A stretch of 64,000 bases of DNA from an uncultured Clostridia bacterium. GTDB taxonomy: Bacteria; Bacillota; Clostridia; Christensenellales; UBA1242. The stretch covers positions 189,327-253,326 of the forward strand of contig CAKNPS010000002.1 of assembly GCA_930990515.1 (NCBI GenBank). The letters are read 5' to 3'. Positions 1-7,982 of this stretch are shown in pieces; the first letter of the stretch is position 1; each line of letters starts with the position of its first letter. The position numbers and the translations under genes are program-made. The notes under the pieces are model-generated. The model was not told the origin of the DNA, made no database searches, and was given only the letters and a program-made list of their open reading frames with translations.

Positions 1-317
1 ACGAAAAGGCACGAAAGTTTATGATTGAGAAAAATATGAAAAATGTGCCAGTGAGTAAAGATTTTGATGTCGACAAAATTGTGAAACAGACAAAAAACTA
101 TAGTGGTGCTGACATTGAAGAACTATGCGACCGTGCAAAAGATGAACCACTTTTAAAAGCGATTGAACTTGACAGCGTGGTGGAAGTGACAAATAAAGAT
201 TTTAATAATATATTAAAAATTTTCCCACCAAGTGTGACAGAAAACGAACTCGAAAAATTTGCAGAATATAACAATGAAATTGACAGTTTAATTAAAAACA
301 GAAAAAAGAAAGGGTAA
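1..317 (+). CDS. AAA+ ATPase, C-terminal fragment (classic AAA clade, Vps4/CDC48-like lid); 5' end lies outside the window
   Basis: Frame 3 is open from the window edge to TAA 315-317. The translation '...NYSGADIEELCDRAKDEPLLKAI...VTNKDFNNILKIFPPSVTENELEKFAEY' fits the SGADI..LC..A / DF..A...PSV...L..Y..F pattern of the helical lid and C-terminal helix of classic-clade AAA ATPases. The ATPase core is not visible. Confidence 0.6.
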   Translation, partial: EKARKFMIEKNMKNVPVSKDFDVDKIVKQTKNYSGADIEELCDRAKDEPLLKAIELDSVVEVTNKDFNNILKIFPPSVTENELEKFAEYNNEIDSLIKNRKKKG

Positions 318-3300
318 ATGAGAGAACGAATTTGTAATAATTGCGGGGGCAAGAAATATAAAGAGATTGGGCAGAATATGGTGAAATGCTTATTCTGTGG
401 AACTATCTATGTCGATGAATATGCCAACAAAGAAGAAGAAATTTTGATTGTCCAAGCCTATGAAAAAATTCGTGATTTCAAGTTTCAACAAGCAGTTGCT
501 GATTTTGATAAAATTTTAGCATTATATCCAAAATCACATGAAGCCTACTATGGCAGACTTCAAGCCAAAAACAAGGTAATTTATTATAATAGCAAGGAAG
601 GAACGAAACGATACCCTTCATTTTTTGGCAAAGAAATTCCAAACTATTTTGATGACGATGACTTTAAAAAGGCAGTGGAGTTTGCTCCAAAAGAAATTGC
701 AGAAAGTTACAACGAACAAGCAAGTCGAGTGGAAAAAATCCGCAACGAGTGGCTTCAAGATGCCAAAAATTATTCTTGTGATGTTGTCTTAAACTTCAAA
801 GAAAGAACGGGAAATTTTGAAAAAATAAATAGAGCCTTAAACGAAAAAGGTTTGAAAGTCTTTTTGCGTGATGAAATTAAAAAGCAAAAGAAAAACATTG
901 AAGCCTACACTTTTCAGGCTATAAACACCGCAAAGGTGGAAGTTTTATTACTAGAAAAACCAGAAAACTTATTCGAGCCAAAAATAAGAAATCTTTATCA
1001 AAGGTTTTTATATCGAATTGAAATTAAAGATAGATTTCCTTCAAGTTTTGTTGTCGTTTATGATGACAAAAATGTTTCACTTGATGAAATAAAAAAGACA
1101 TTTCCAAATTTAAAGAAATTATATTCTTTAAATGACATTAACTTTGTGGAAGATTTATCCACATTTGTTAAAAGTGCGACCGAAAGAAACTATAATGAAA
1201 ATATTGGACTTGAAAAACGAGAAGTAGAGAATGCTACACCAACAAAGAAAGAACAAGTTGAAATTGTGACTGTTATGCCGTCAGAACTTGGGCATTACAA
1301 CGTGGAGAATGTGCCACTTTCTGACAAAAACAGAGTGAAATGGATTTTTTATAGCATCAAAAACGGCGACTTTGAAACCGCTGAAAGACTTATTAAAGAA
1401 GAGAAAGAAAAAAGTGCACCAAGTGGAGAAGTTTATTTTGCTTCGCTACTTTGCGAAAAGAAAATAAGAACGGAAGAAGAATTTTTTGCCAACATTGAAA
1501 ATTTTAAAAACAAAGAAGAACTTGAAAATGTCTTAAAGTATTCTTCCACAGATTTTGCTAACGATTTTGTTAATAAATGGGAAAGATTGATTGTTCAAGA
1601 AAAAGATGTAGATAATTATTTAACTTATATGGAGTTTCTTGCTCAATATAAGAACTCAATGCACGATGATTTTCTTAAGGAAGCGGAAAATCTTGCAATA
1701 GAGACAATGAATGAAGATTTAATCAACACCATTCTAAAATGCTATGATCCAAAAGATATTGATAGATACACGAACTTCTATTTTCAACTTGCTCAAAAAT
1801 CGGGAGATGAAACTTATTATCACAAAATTTTGGAGTTAGATGAAGGACACATTCAAAGTCTTTTTGCTCTTTTCACAAAGAATTTTGATACTGTGGAAGA
1901 AAAACTTTCATATCGAGATGGGAAGGCACTTGAGAATGTTTTGAAATATTGCGATGCCGATAGGCGTAGCGGGTTTTTAACTGATATTATTAACATTGTC
2001 TCAGAAGTTTCTTTCTATGACATCAAAAAAGCGGAAGCACAGTTTGACTTCTATCTTTCATATATAAACAATGATGAAATTTTGCAATCAACACTCTTAA
2101 GTCTTGGTAAAAAATTGCAGACAATTGGATTTTTCAGTTTAGCAGAAAAATATCTCACTCTTGCCATTAAAAATGATAAAGAAAATGCGGAAATATATTG
2201 GCTTCTCATTCAAGTCAAAACGCATTGCCACAGTGAAAACGAACTTTTGACAACAAGTGTTAAAATTTCCGAAATGGACGACTGGGCAACAGTTTTAAAT
2301 TATGCAAGCGACTCTCAAAGCGAAAAATACGCGCAAATTGTGGCAAAAGCAAATACAAGTTCGGCTAAAAAGATTTTTAGGCAAGAACTTTTGGATAAAG
2401 TTACCTTAAAAGAAAAACTTAGAGAGTTTTTAGTGAGAAATGACAAAGTGCTAAACGATGCTGACGACAAAGCAACCGTCAAATACTATCGTCAACAGTT
2501 CACGGCATTTGAAAGTTATTTTGACAAAATAGACAACTCTAAAACTTTTGATGAATACAATGAAATCTTCACAAGACTTTTTGATAGGCTTGATATGATG
2601 GATTTGACGATTGACACTTCTGTCAATATTGCAAAAATTTCCACCAAAAAAGAAAATTTGGAAGTTTTGGAAAAAGAAGAAAAAAAGAGAGATGAAAAAT
2701 ATCTTTCAGTGATTGAAGAAGAAAAAAGAAACAGAAAGCGTAAAATTGTTTTGTTCTGCACTTTGGAACTTGCTCCTATGCTTTTGGTTCTTCTCTTTCT
2801 CATTTTGGTTATTTCTGCACCTAAAGAGATGTATATGGTGTTCAGCCAAGACGGAGTTATCATTTTCACCATACTTTCTGTCATTTTGGGGCTCGGAAAT
2901 TTAATTTATAATTCCATAAAAAAGAAGGGTGAGAAAAAATGGAGAATTGCTCGTCTTTCCATAACAATGATAGGTTTTGCCAATCTTATTTGCTTACTAT
3001 TTGGCTTTTACATTTATCCACCAGAAATCAGCATCTTGAATGCCGATGAATTTAACAAGATTGTTCACAATGCAAGTTATGTTGACATCTCGCTTGAAAA
3101 TGACATAGATATGAACAATTTTTCTTGGGGAAGTGTGGATTTCTATGGAAATATCGAAGGGAACAATCACAGAATTTTCAACTTAAAATTTAGAAATCAA
3201 AGAAATAACTATGGTTTGTTCGATGAACTAGGTGGAAATGTGCATAACTTGACTATTGAAATTGTCGAAGAAACTTATGAAAATGTTTCAAATTTTGGTG

Positions 3301-4088
3301 CTCTTGCAATCACAAACAACGGAAGAATTGAAAATTGCTCGGCTATCGTTTCTTGCAATATTGCATCTACTTCAAGCGAAGTTGTAATTGGCGGGCTTGT
3401 GGCATATCAAGGTGCAGGTCAAATTTTAAATTCCAGTGTGAGTGGAACTTTGTCTATTTCTTCAAGTGGAAACATAATTGCGGGTGGTCTTGCTGGTCAA
3501 TCTCGAAGCGAAAATGAATTAAGCAAAAATTTGGTCGAAATTTCTTTTGATCTTTCGTTTAATGGTGGTTCATTAAATTTTGGTGGACTTGTTGGAGAAA
3601 ACAATTCAGTTATCACTGAGTCAAAAGCAGATATAAATTTTAATCTTTCTGGGCAATTAGAGAATGGTTTTGTTGGCGGAATTGCAGGAACAAGCAGAAG
3701 TGGAATTAACAATTCTTATGCGACTGGAACATACAATTTAAACAGCACAAATGTGACAACTGGCGGGCTTGTCGGAGAGTTTTCAAGACGCCGAGAAGTT
3801 GTGGAATATTGCTATCAAAACATTGAAATTCAAAATGTTAGTGGGGTGACAGGGGCGCTAGTTGGAAGTTTAAGAGAAGGAATTTTCAGAAACTCATTTG
3901 CAGTGTCAACTCTTGACAATACTTATGGAAGTAAGGAGTTAAACACGGAACTTGCACCATATCCAGAGCGTAACAATTGCCAAATTTTTGCATCTGCCGA
4001 ACAAGTGACCAACTCATTCGGTTTCTCGTCAGAGATTTGGGATTTTGATGAAACACTTCCAGAACTTATTTGTTTCATTAACAGCTGA
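318..4088 (+). CDS. Zinc-ribbon / TPR-like cytoplasmic region, TM segments, extracellular GLUG-repeat protein (1256 aa)
   Basis: The ATG abuts the upstream stop (TAAATG). The N-terminus has a CxxC...CxxC zinc ribbon (CNNCGG...CLFCG) followed by TPR-like helices. A weak TIR/flavodoxin-like alpha/beta stretch follows (DVVLNF...GLKVFL...AINTAKVEVLLL), then a long helical region. Hydrophobic TM segments lie at about aa 815-900 (LELAPMLLVLLFLILVI, VIIFTILSVILGLGNLIY, MIGFANLICLLFGFYIY). The C-terminal ~350 aa carry repeated GG[LI][VA]G GLUG motifs (GGLVAYQ, AGGLAGQS, FGGLVGEN, VGGIAGTS, TGGLVGEF). Confidence 0.8.
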   Translation: MRERICNNCGGKKYKEIGQNMVKCLFCGTIYVDEYANKEEEILIVQAYEKIRDFKFQQAVADFDKILALYPKSHEAYYGRLQAKNKVIYYNSKEGTKRYPSFFGKEIPNYFDDDDFKKAVEFAPKEIAESYNEQASRVEKIRNEWLQDAKNYSCDVVLNFKERTGNFEKINRALNEKGLKVFLRDEIKKQKKNIEAYTFQAINTAKVEVLLLEKPENLFEPKIRNLYQRFLYRIEIKDRFPSSFVVVYDDKNVSLDEIKKTFPNLKKLYSLNDINFVEDLSTFVKSATERNYNENIGLEKREVENATPTKKEQVEIVTVMPSELGHYNVENVPLSDKNRVKWIFYSIKNGDFETAERLIKEEKEKSAPSGEVYFASLLCEKKIRTEEEFFANIENFKNKEELENVLKYSSTDFANDFVNKWERLIVQEKDVDNYLTYMEFLAQYKNSMHDDFLKEAENLAIETMNEDLINTILKCYDPKDIDRYTNFYFQLAQKSGDETYYHKILELDEGHIQSLFALFTKNFDTVEEKLSYRDGKALENVLKYCDADRRSGFLTDIINIVSEVSFYDIKKAEAQFDFYLSYINNDEILQSTLLSLGKKLQTIGFFSLAEKYLTLAIKNDKENAEIYWLLIQVKTHCHSENELLTTSVKISEMDDWATVLNYASDSQSEKYAQIVAKANTSSAKKIFRQELLDKVTLKEKLREFLVRNDKVLNDADDKATVKYYRQQFTAFESYFDKIDNSKTFDEYNEIFTRLFDRLDMMDLTIDTSVNIAKISTKKENLEVLEKEEKKRDEKYLSVIEEEKRNRKRKIVLFCTLELAPMLLVLLFLILVISAPKEMYMVFSQDGVIIFTILSVILGLGNLIYNSIKKKGEKKWRIARLSITMIGFANLICLLFGFYIYPPEISILNADEFNKIVHNASYVDISLENDIDMNNFSWGSVDFYGNIEGNNHRIFNLKFRNQRNNYGLFDELGGNVHNLTIEIVEETYENVSNFGALAITNNGRIENCSAIVSCNIASTSSEVVIGGLVAYQGAGQILNSSVSGTLSISSSGNIIAGGLAGQSRSENELSKNLVEISFDLSFNGGSLNFGGLVGENNSVITESKADINFNLSGQLENGFVGGIAGTSRSGINNSYATGTYNLNSTNVTTGGLVGEFSRRREVVEYCYQNIEIQNVSGVTGALVGSLREGIFRNSFAVSTLDNTYGSKELNTELAPYPERNNCQIFASAEQVTNSFGFSSEIWDFDETLPELICFINS

Positions 4089-4132
4089 TTCTACTGATTA
4101 TTAGGAAAATATTTATATATATATTTATTTTC

Positions 4133-4162
4133 TTGACAATCATATTTTAAAGATGCTAAAAT
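4133..4162 (+). promoter_or_regulatory. Sigma-A-type promoter for the GT2 gene
   Basis: TTGACA (4133-4138), 18-nt spacer, then extended -10 TGcTAAAAT (hexamer 4157-4162). Confidence 0.5.
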
Positions 4163-4186
4163 GTGATGTCTAAAAGGAAAAAAGAA

Positions 4187-6079
4187 ATGAAGCAAAAGAA
4201 GAAAAATAAATTAGAGAAAATTGAAAAAGACCCAAAAAAAACAAAGCCTGTTAATGTGATGAAGAAAAGTCCAATTCTTTATATTATTATGATTTTGATT
4301 TGGACGGCCCTTACTGTTTTTCTGTGGTATTATTTTGTCCAAAGTTTCATCAATGTGCCATTTTATGAAGGAACTAATGTGACAAAAACATTAAGGGTGT
4401 TTGCAACTATTATATTGGTTTTAAATGCAATTTTTGTTTCATACTTTTGGTTAAATGGTGTTAAAGATTTTATTTATGTAATTTGGTATTATATTTTTAA
4501 AAACAAATTAAATAAGAGATATTACGAAATAATTGAAACGGATGTTTCAAATGCAAATGACAGAGTTTTGCTTGTTTATTGCACTTGCAATGATTTTGAC
4601 CCATTTAGTTTGGAAAGAAGTATTCAACAAAAATACCATAATTTTGAAGTTGTAATTTTAGATGATTCTTCTGATGAAAACTACAAAAAGCAAATTGATG
4701 AATTTGGCTCCAAACACAACATAAAAGTTGTAAGAAGAGAAAATCGAGTTGGTTTTAAGGCTGGAAATATTAATCACTATTTAATGTCAGAAGAGTGCTT
4801 AGCGGGGGGGGGATTTGATTACTTTGTAATTTTGGATTCCGATGAGATTATCCCTCAAAATTTTATTACTGAATGTTTAAAATACTTTTATGCAAAAGAT
4901 AATGTTGGAATAGTTCAAGCCAATCATATTTCAACAAGAAATAGAAATTTTTTTATGAAATTATTCCATGTAGGAGTTAATTCTCATTGGCCAACATATC
5001 AGACTATGAAACATTTTTATGGCTTTTCAACAATGCTTGGACACGGAGCTATGATAAAAAGTGATTGTTACTATAAAGCTGGTGGATTTCCAAATCTGGT
5101 TGCGGAAGATTTATGTTTAAGCATTGAAGCAAGAAGTTTAGGCTACTATGTAGCATTTGCTCCAAACATTATTTGCGAAGAGGAGTATCCTATTGATTAT
5201 GTTGCTTTTAAAAAGCGTCATTCAAAGTGGACTCAAGGCAATCTAGAATTTATTAAAAAATATACGGGCAAAATAACAAAATCAAAAATGAAATGGTATG
5301 AAAAAATGGATATTGTCTTATTTACTTACAACTTACCATTAACAGCAATTTTTGCTTTCTTTATATTCTTAAATTTAATTATTTCTCCGTTGTTACATAT
5401 AAATTTAGGACAAGTATATGCCGTTTGGATGGTTGTTCCGACTATAATATTTTTCTTCTCTCCAATGCTCAACGATTTTATAACATGGGCATTTAGGCTA
5501 AATCCTTTAAGAAATTTGATGTATTTTATTTGTGTAATAATATTATATGGTTCTATGTTGACGACTTCCTTAGTGAGTGCTTTGCTTGGTATGTTTGGGA
5601 AAAAAGCAAAGTTTATTGTCACTCCAAAATCTTCACAAAAGATAAGTGTATGGTTTGCTCTTAAATTTCAATGGAAAGAATTTTTATTATCGACCATATT
5701 GTTATTGCTTTCAATTTTTATAACGCGCAGTATATTTCCAGTTATTTTAATTATTTGCACAGGATATTTATCTGTTTTCTTGTTGTTCTTTTCAAATAAG
5801 AGATACAATCAAGAACAAGTAGCGAAAATTGACAAGAAAACTTCAATGATTTCTTTAAGAATAAATAAAGTTTTTCAATATAATCAAAATTTTACATTTA
5901 ATAATATTCAGTCAAATAATATTGAAAATGAAGATGGAAAATCTGAAGAGTTAAATAAAGATATAATTCTTGAAAATAGCGTGGAAGTAGAAAAACCTAA
6001 AGAAGATTTACTGGTTAATATTGAGACTCAGCAAAAGAATAGAGAAGATGAAATTGAGAATAAACAAGAAAATCAATAA
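4187..6079 (+). CDS. Membrane-embedded family-2 glycosyltransferase, processive synthase type (OpgH/BcsA/PgaC-like)
   Basis: N-terminal TM helices, then 'VILDDSSD' and 'ILDSDE' acidic motifs. 'KRHSKWTQGN' resembles the Q/RxxRW processivity motif followed by QG/HG. Multiple C-terminal TM helices and an Asn/Glu-rich tail follow. The ORF track starts at GTG 4163, directly against the -10 box. ATG 4187, preceded by AAGGA (4174-4178), is the more likely start. Confidence 0.8.
   Translation: MKQKKKNKLEKIEKDPKKTKPVNVMKKSPILYIIMILIWTALTVFLWYYFVQSFINVPFYEGTNVTKTLRVFATIILVLNAIFVSYFWLNGVKDFIYVIWYYIFKNKLNKRYYEIIETDVSNANDRVLLVYCTCNDFDPFSLERSIQQKYHNFEVVILDDSSDENYKKQIDEFGSKHNIKVVRRENRVGFKAGNINHYLMSEECLAGGGFDYFVILDSDEIIPQNFITECLKYFYAKDNVGIVQANHISTRNRNFFMKLFHVGVNSHWPTYQTMKHFYGFSTMLGHGAMIKSDCYYKAGGFPNLVAEDLCLSIEARSLGYYVAFAPNIICEEEYPIDYVAFKKRHSKWTQGNLEFIKKYTGKITKSKMKWYEKMDIVLFTYNLPLTAIFAFFIFLNLIISPLLHINLGQVYAVWMVVPTIIFFFSPMLNDFITWAFRLNPLRNLMYFICVIILYGSMLTTSLVSALLGMFGKKAKFIVTPKSSQKISVWFALKFQWKEFLLSTILLLLSIFITRSIFPVILIICTGYLSVFLLFFSNKRYNQEQVAKIDKKTSMISLRINKVFQYNQNFTFNNIQSNNIENEDGKSEELNKDIILENSVEVEKPKEDLLVNIETQQKNREDEIENKQENQ
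4804..4812 (+). repeat. G9 homopolymer inside the GT2 coding sequence (encodes AGGG)
   Basis: Read directly as gcGGGGGGGGGa at 4802-4813, in frame as GCG GGG GGG GGA. It is the longest G/C run I noticed in this AT-rich window. Confidence 0.95.
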
Positions 6080-6100
6080 CAAAAATGTTATTGATTTTTT
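6071..6100 (+). terminator. Intrinsic terminator after the GT2 gene
   Basis: A 10-bp stem aatcaataac (6071-6080) / gttattgatt (6087-6096) with loop aaaaat, followed by a T-run. The stem overlaps the TAA stop (6077-6079). Confidence 0.6.
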
Positions 6101-6119
6101 ATTTTATTTTTTAATTCAG

Positions 6120-6148
6120 TTGCTAAATATAAAAAATAGTGTTAAAAT
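6120..6148 (+). promoter_or_regulatory. Sigma-A-type promoter for the ABC exporter operon
   Basis: TTGCTA (6120-6125), 17-nt spacer, then extended -10 TGtTAAAAT (hexamer 6143-6148). Confidence 0.5.
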
Positions 6149-6248
6149 ATACTGCGAAAACATTTCGTTTTCAACTTTGAGTAGAAAAATTAAAATTTTT
6201 CATATATATTATTGTTGCTTTTTAGTAAGTGTATTTTAAGGTGATATT

Positions 6249-7982
6249 ATGTTTAAATTATTAAGGTATTTGAAGAAAATAGACTATGTCTTTATTCTTA
6301 TTATTCTTGGACTTATTGTCTTTCAAGTTTGGCTTGATTTACAACTTCCAGAATATATGTCCACAATTATTACACTTCTTCAAATAGGTTCAGAGAATCT
6401 TGTTAATGACATTTTGATAAATGGAGCATATATGCTTGCTTGTGCAGTGGGCAGTTTGATTTCTGCCATTCTTGTTCATTTCTTCGTTTCTCAACTTGGG
6501 GCAAGACTTTCTGCAAGCTTAAGACTTGCGCTTTATGGCAAGATTGAAAGTTTTTCTTTATCTGAAATGAATAAATTTTCAACTGACAGTTTAATCACAA
6601 GAACAACAAACGATGTAACTCAAGTTCAAATGTTAATAACAATGGGAACGCAATCTCTTATTAAGGCTCCTATTCTTGCGATTTGGGCGGTTGTTAAAAT
6701 TGTGGGAATTGGTTGGGAATGGTCAGTCGCAACAGCGGTAGCAGTTGTTGTCCTTATGATTATTACTCTTATTGTGGTTTTGTTTGCTCTTCCAAAATTT
6801 AAGAAAATTCAAACTTTAACAGATAATTTGAACAGAGCGACTCGTGAAAATTTGACAGGTATTAGAGTTATTCGTGCAAATAATGCTGAAGAATTTCAAA
6901 CAAACAAGTTCCAAGAATGCAATGCTAAACTTACCAAAAACAACTTGTTTGCAAACAGAATAATGGCAATTATGTCTCCTGGTATGTCGCTTCTTATGAC
7001 AGGTTTAAGTCTTGCTATTTATTGGATTGGTGCTTATATTGTTAAAGATGCAGTTGATGTTGCCAATATGATGACTTTCACTTCCTATGGAATGCAAGTT
7101 GTTATGGCATTTATGCTTTTAATTGTCACATTCATCATTCTTCCTAGAGCATTAGTTTCTGCAAAGCGTATAAATGAAGTCTTGGACACTCACAACACAA
7201 TAATATCAGGAGAACAGACAACTGGCGAAAACAAAGAAGATGGTTATGTTGTTTTTGATAATGTTTCTTTCAAATATCCAGATGCTAATGAATATGTTTT
7301 GAAAGATATCTCATTTAGCGTCAACAAAGGCGAAACAGTGGCGTTTATTGGTTCAACAGGAAGTGGGAAAAGCACACTCATCAATTTAATCCCAAGACTT
7401 TATGATGTAACTGATGGTGCAGTTTATATTGATGGCATTAATGTTAAAGATTATAACTCACACCTTTTAAACAAAAAAATTGGCTATACTCCACAACGCG
7501 GAGTTCTTTTCAGCGGAACAGTTAAATCTAATGTCGATTTTGGGGATAACAATGCTGATGATGAGACAATTAAAAAATCTTTAAGTATTGCTCAAGCTTC
7601 AAATTTTGTTTCTCGTATGGAAGGTGGAGTTGATGGGAGAATTGCTCAAGGCGGAACAAATGTTTCAGGCGGACAGAAGCAAAGGCTTTCCATTGCAAGA
7701 GCGATTGCTCGTAAGCCAGAAATTTTCATCTTTGATGATAGTTTTTCTGCTCTCGATTTTAAGACTGACAAAAAACTAAGAATGGCTTTAAATAAACACA
7801 CAGATGGAATAACAAAATTTATCGTGGCACAGCGTATTGGAACAATTAAAGATGCTGACAAAATCATTGTTTTAGAAAGTGGCGAAATGGTTGGCATTGG
7901 CAAGCACGAAGATTTGCTTAAAACTTGCCCTATTTATAAAGAGATAGCGTTGTCGCAGTTATCAGAGGAGGAATTACAATGA
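6249..7982 (+). CDS. ABC exporter, fused permease/ATPase subunit 1 of a heterodimer (degenerate catalytic site)
   Basis: Six-TM exporter domain plus NBD. Walker A is GSTGSGKST and the signature is VSGGQKQR. Walker B is IFIFDDS, so the catalytic Glu is replaced by Asp. The SD AAGGTGA precedes the ATG. Confidence 0.9.
   Translation: MFKLLRYLKKIDYVFILIILGLIVFQVWLDLQLPEYMSTIITLLQIGSENLVNDILINGAYMLACAVGSLISAILVHFFVSQLGARLSASLRLALYGKIESFSLSEMNKFSTDSLITRTTNDVTQVQMLITMGTQSLIKAPILAIWAVVKIVGIGWEWSVATAVAVVVLMIITLIVVLFALPKFKKIQTLTDNLNRATRENLTGIRVIRANNAEEFQTNKFQECNAKLTKNNLFANRIMAIMSPGMSLLMTGLSLAIYWIGAYIVKDAVDVANMMTFTSYGMQVVMAFMLLIVTFIILPRALVSAKRINEVLDTHNTIISGEQTTGENKEDGYVVFDNVSFKYPDANEYVLKDISFSVNKGETVAFIGSTGSGKSTLINLIPRLYDVTDGAVYIDGINVKDYNSHLLNKKIGYTPQRGVLFSGTVKSNVDFGDNNADDETIKKSLSIAQASNFVSRMEGGVDGRIAQGGTNVSGGQKQRLSIARAIARKPEIFIFDDSFSALDFKTDKKLRMALNKHTDGITKFIVAQRIGTIKDADKIIVLESGEMVGIGKHEDLLKTCPIYKEIALSQLSEEELQ

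Noticed and set aside
6021-6239. 72-aa ORF bridging the GT2 3' end and the ABC exporter leader
   Set aside because: It runs through an intrinsic terminator (6071-6100) and a promoter (6120-6148). Only its last 20 codons are considered, as a possible uORF, in the findings.
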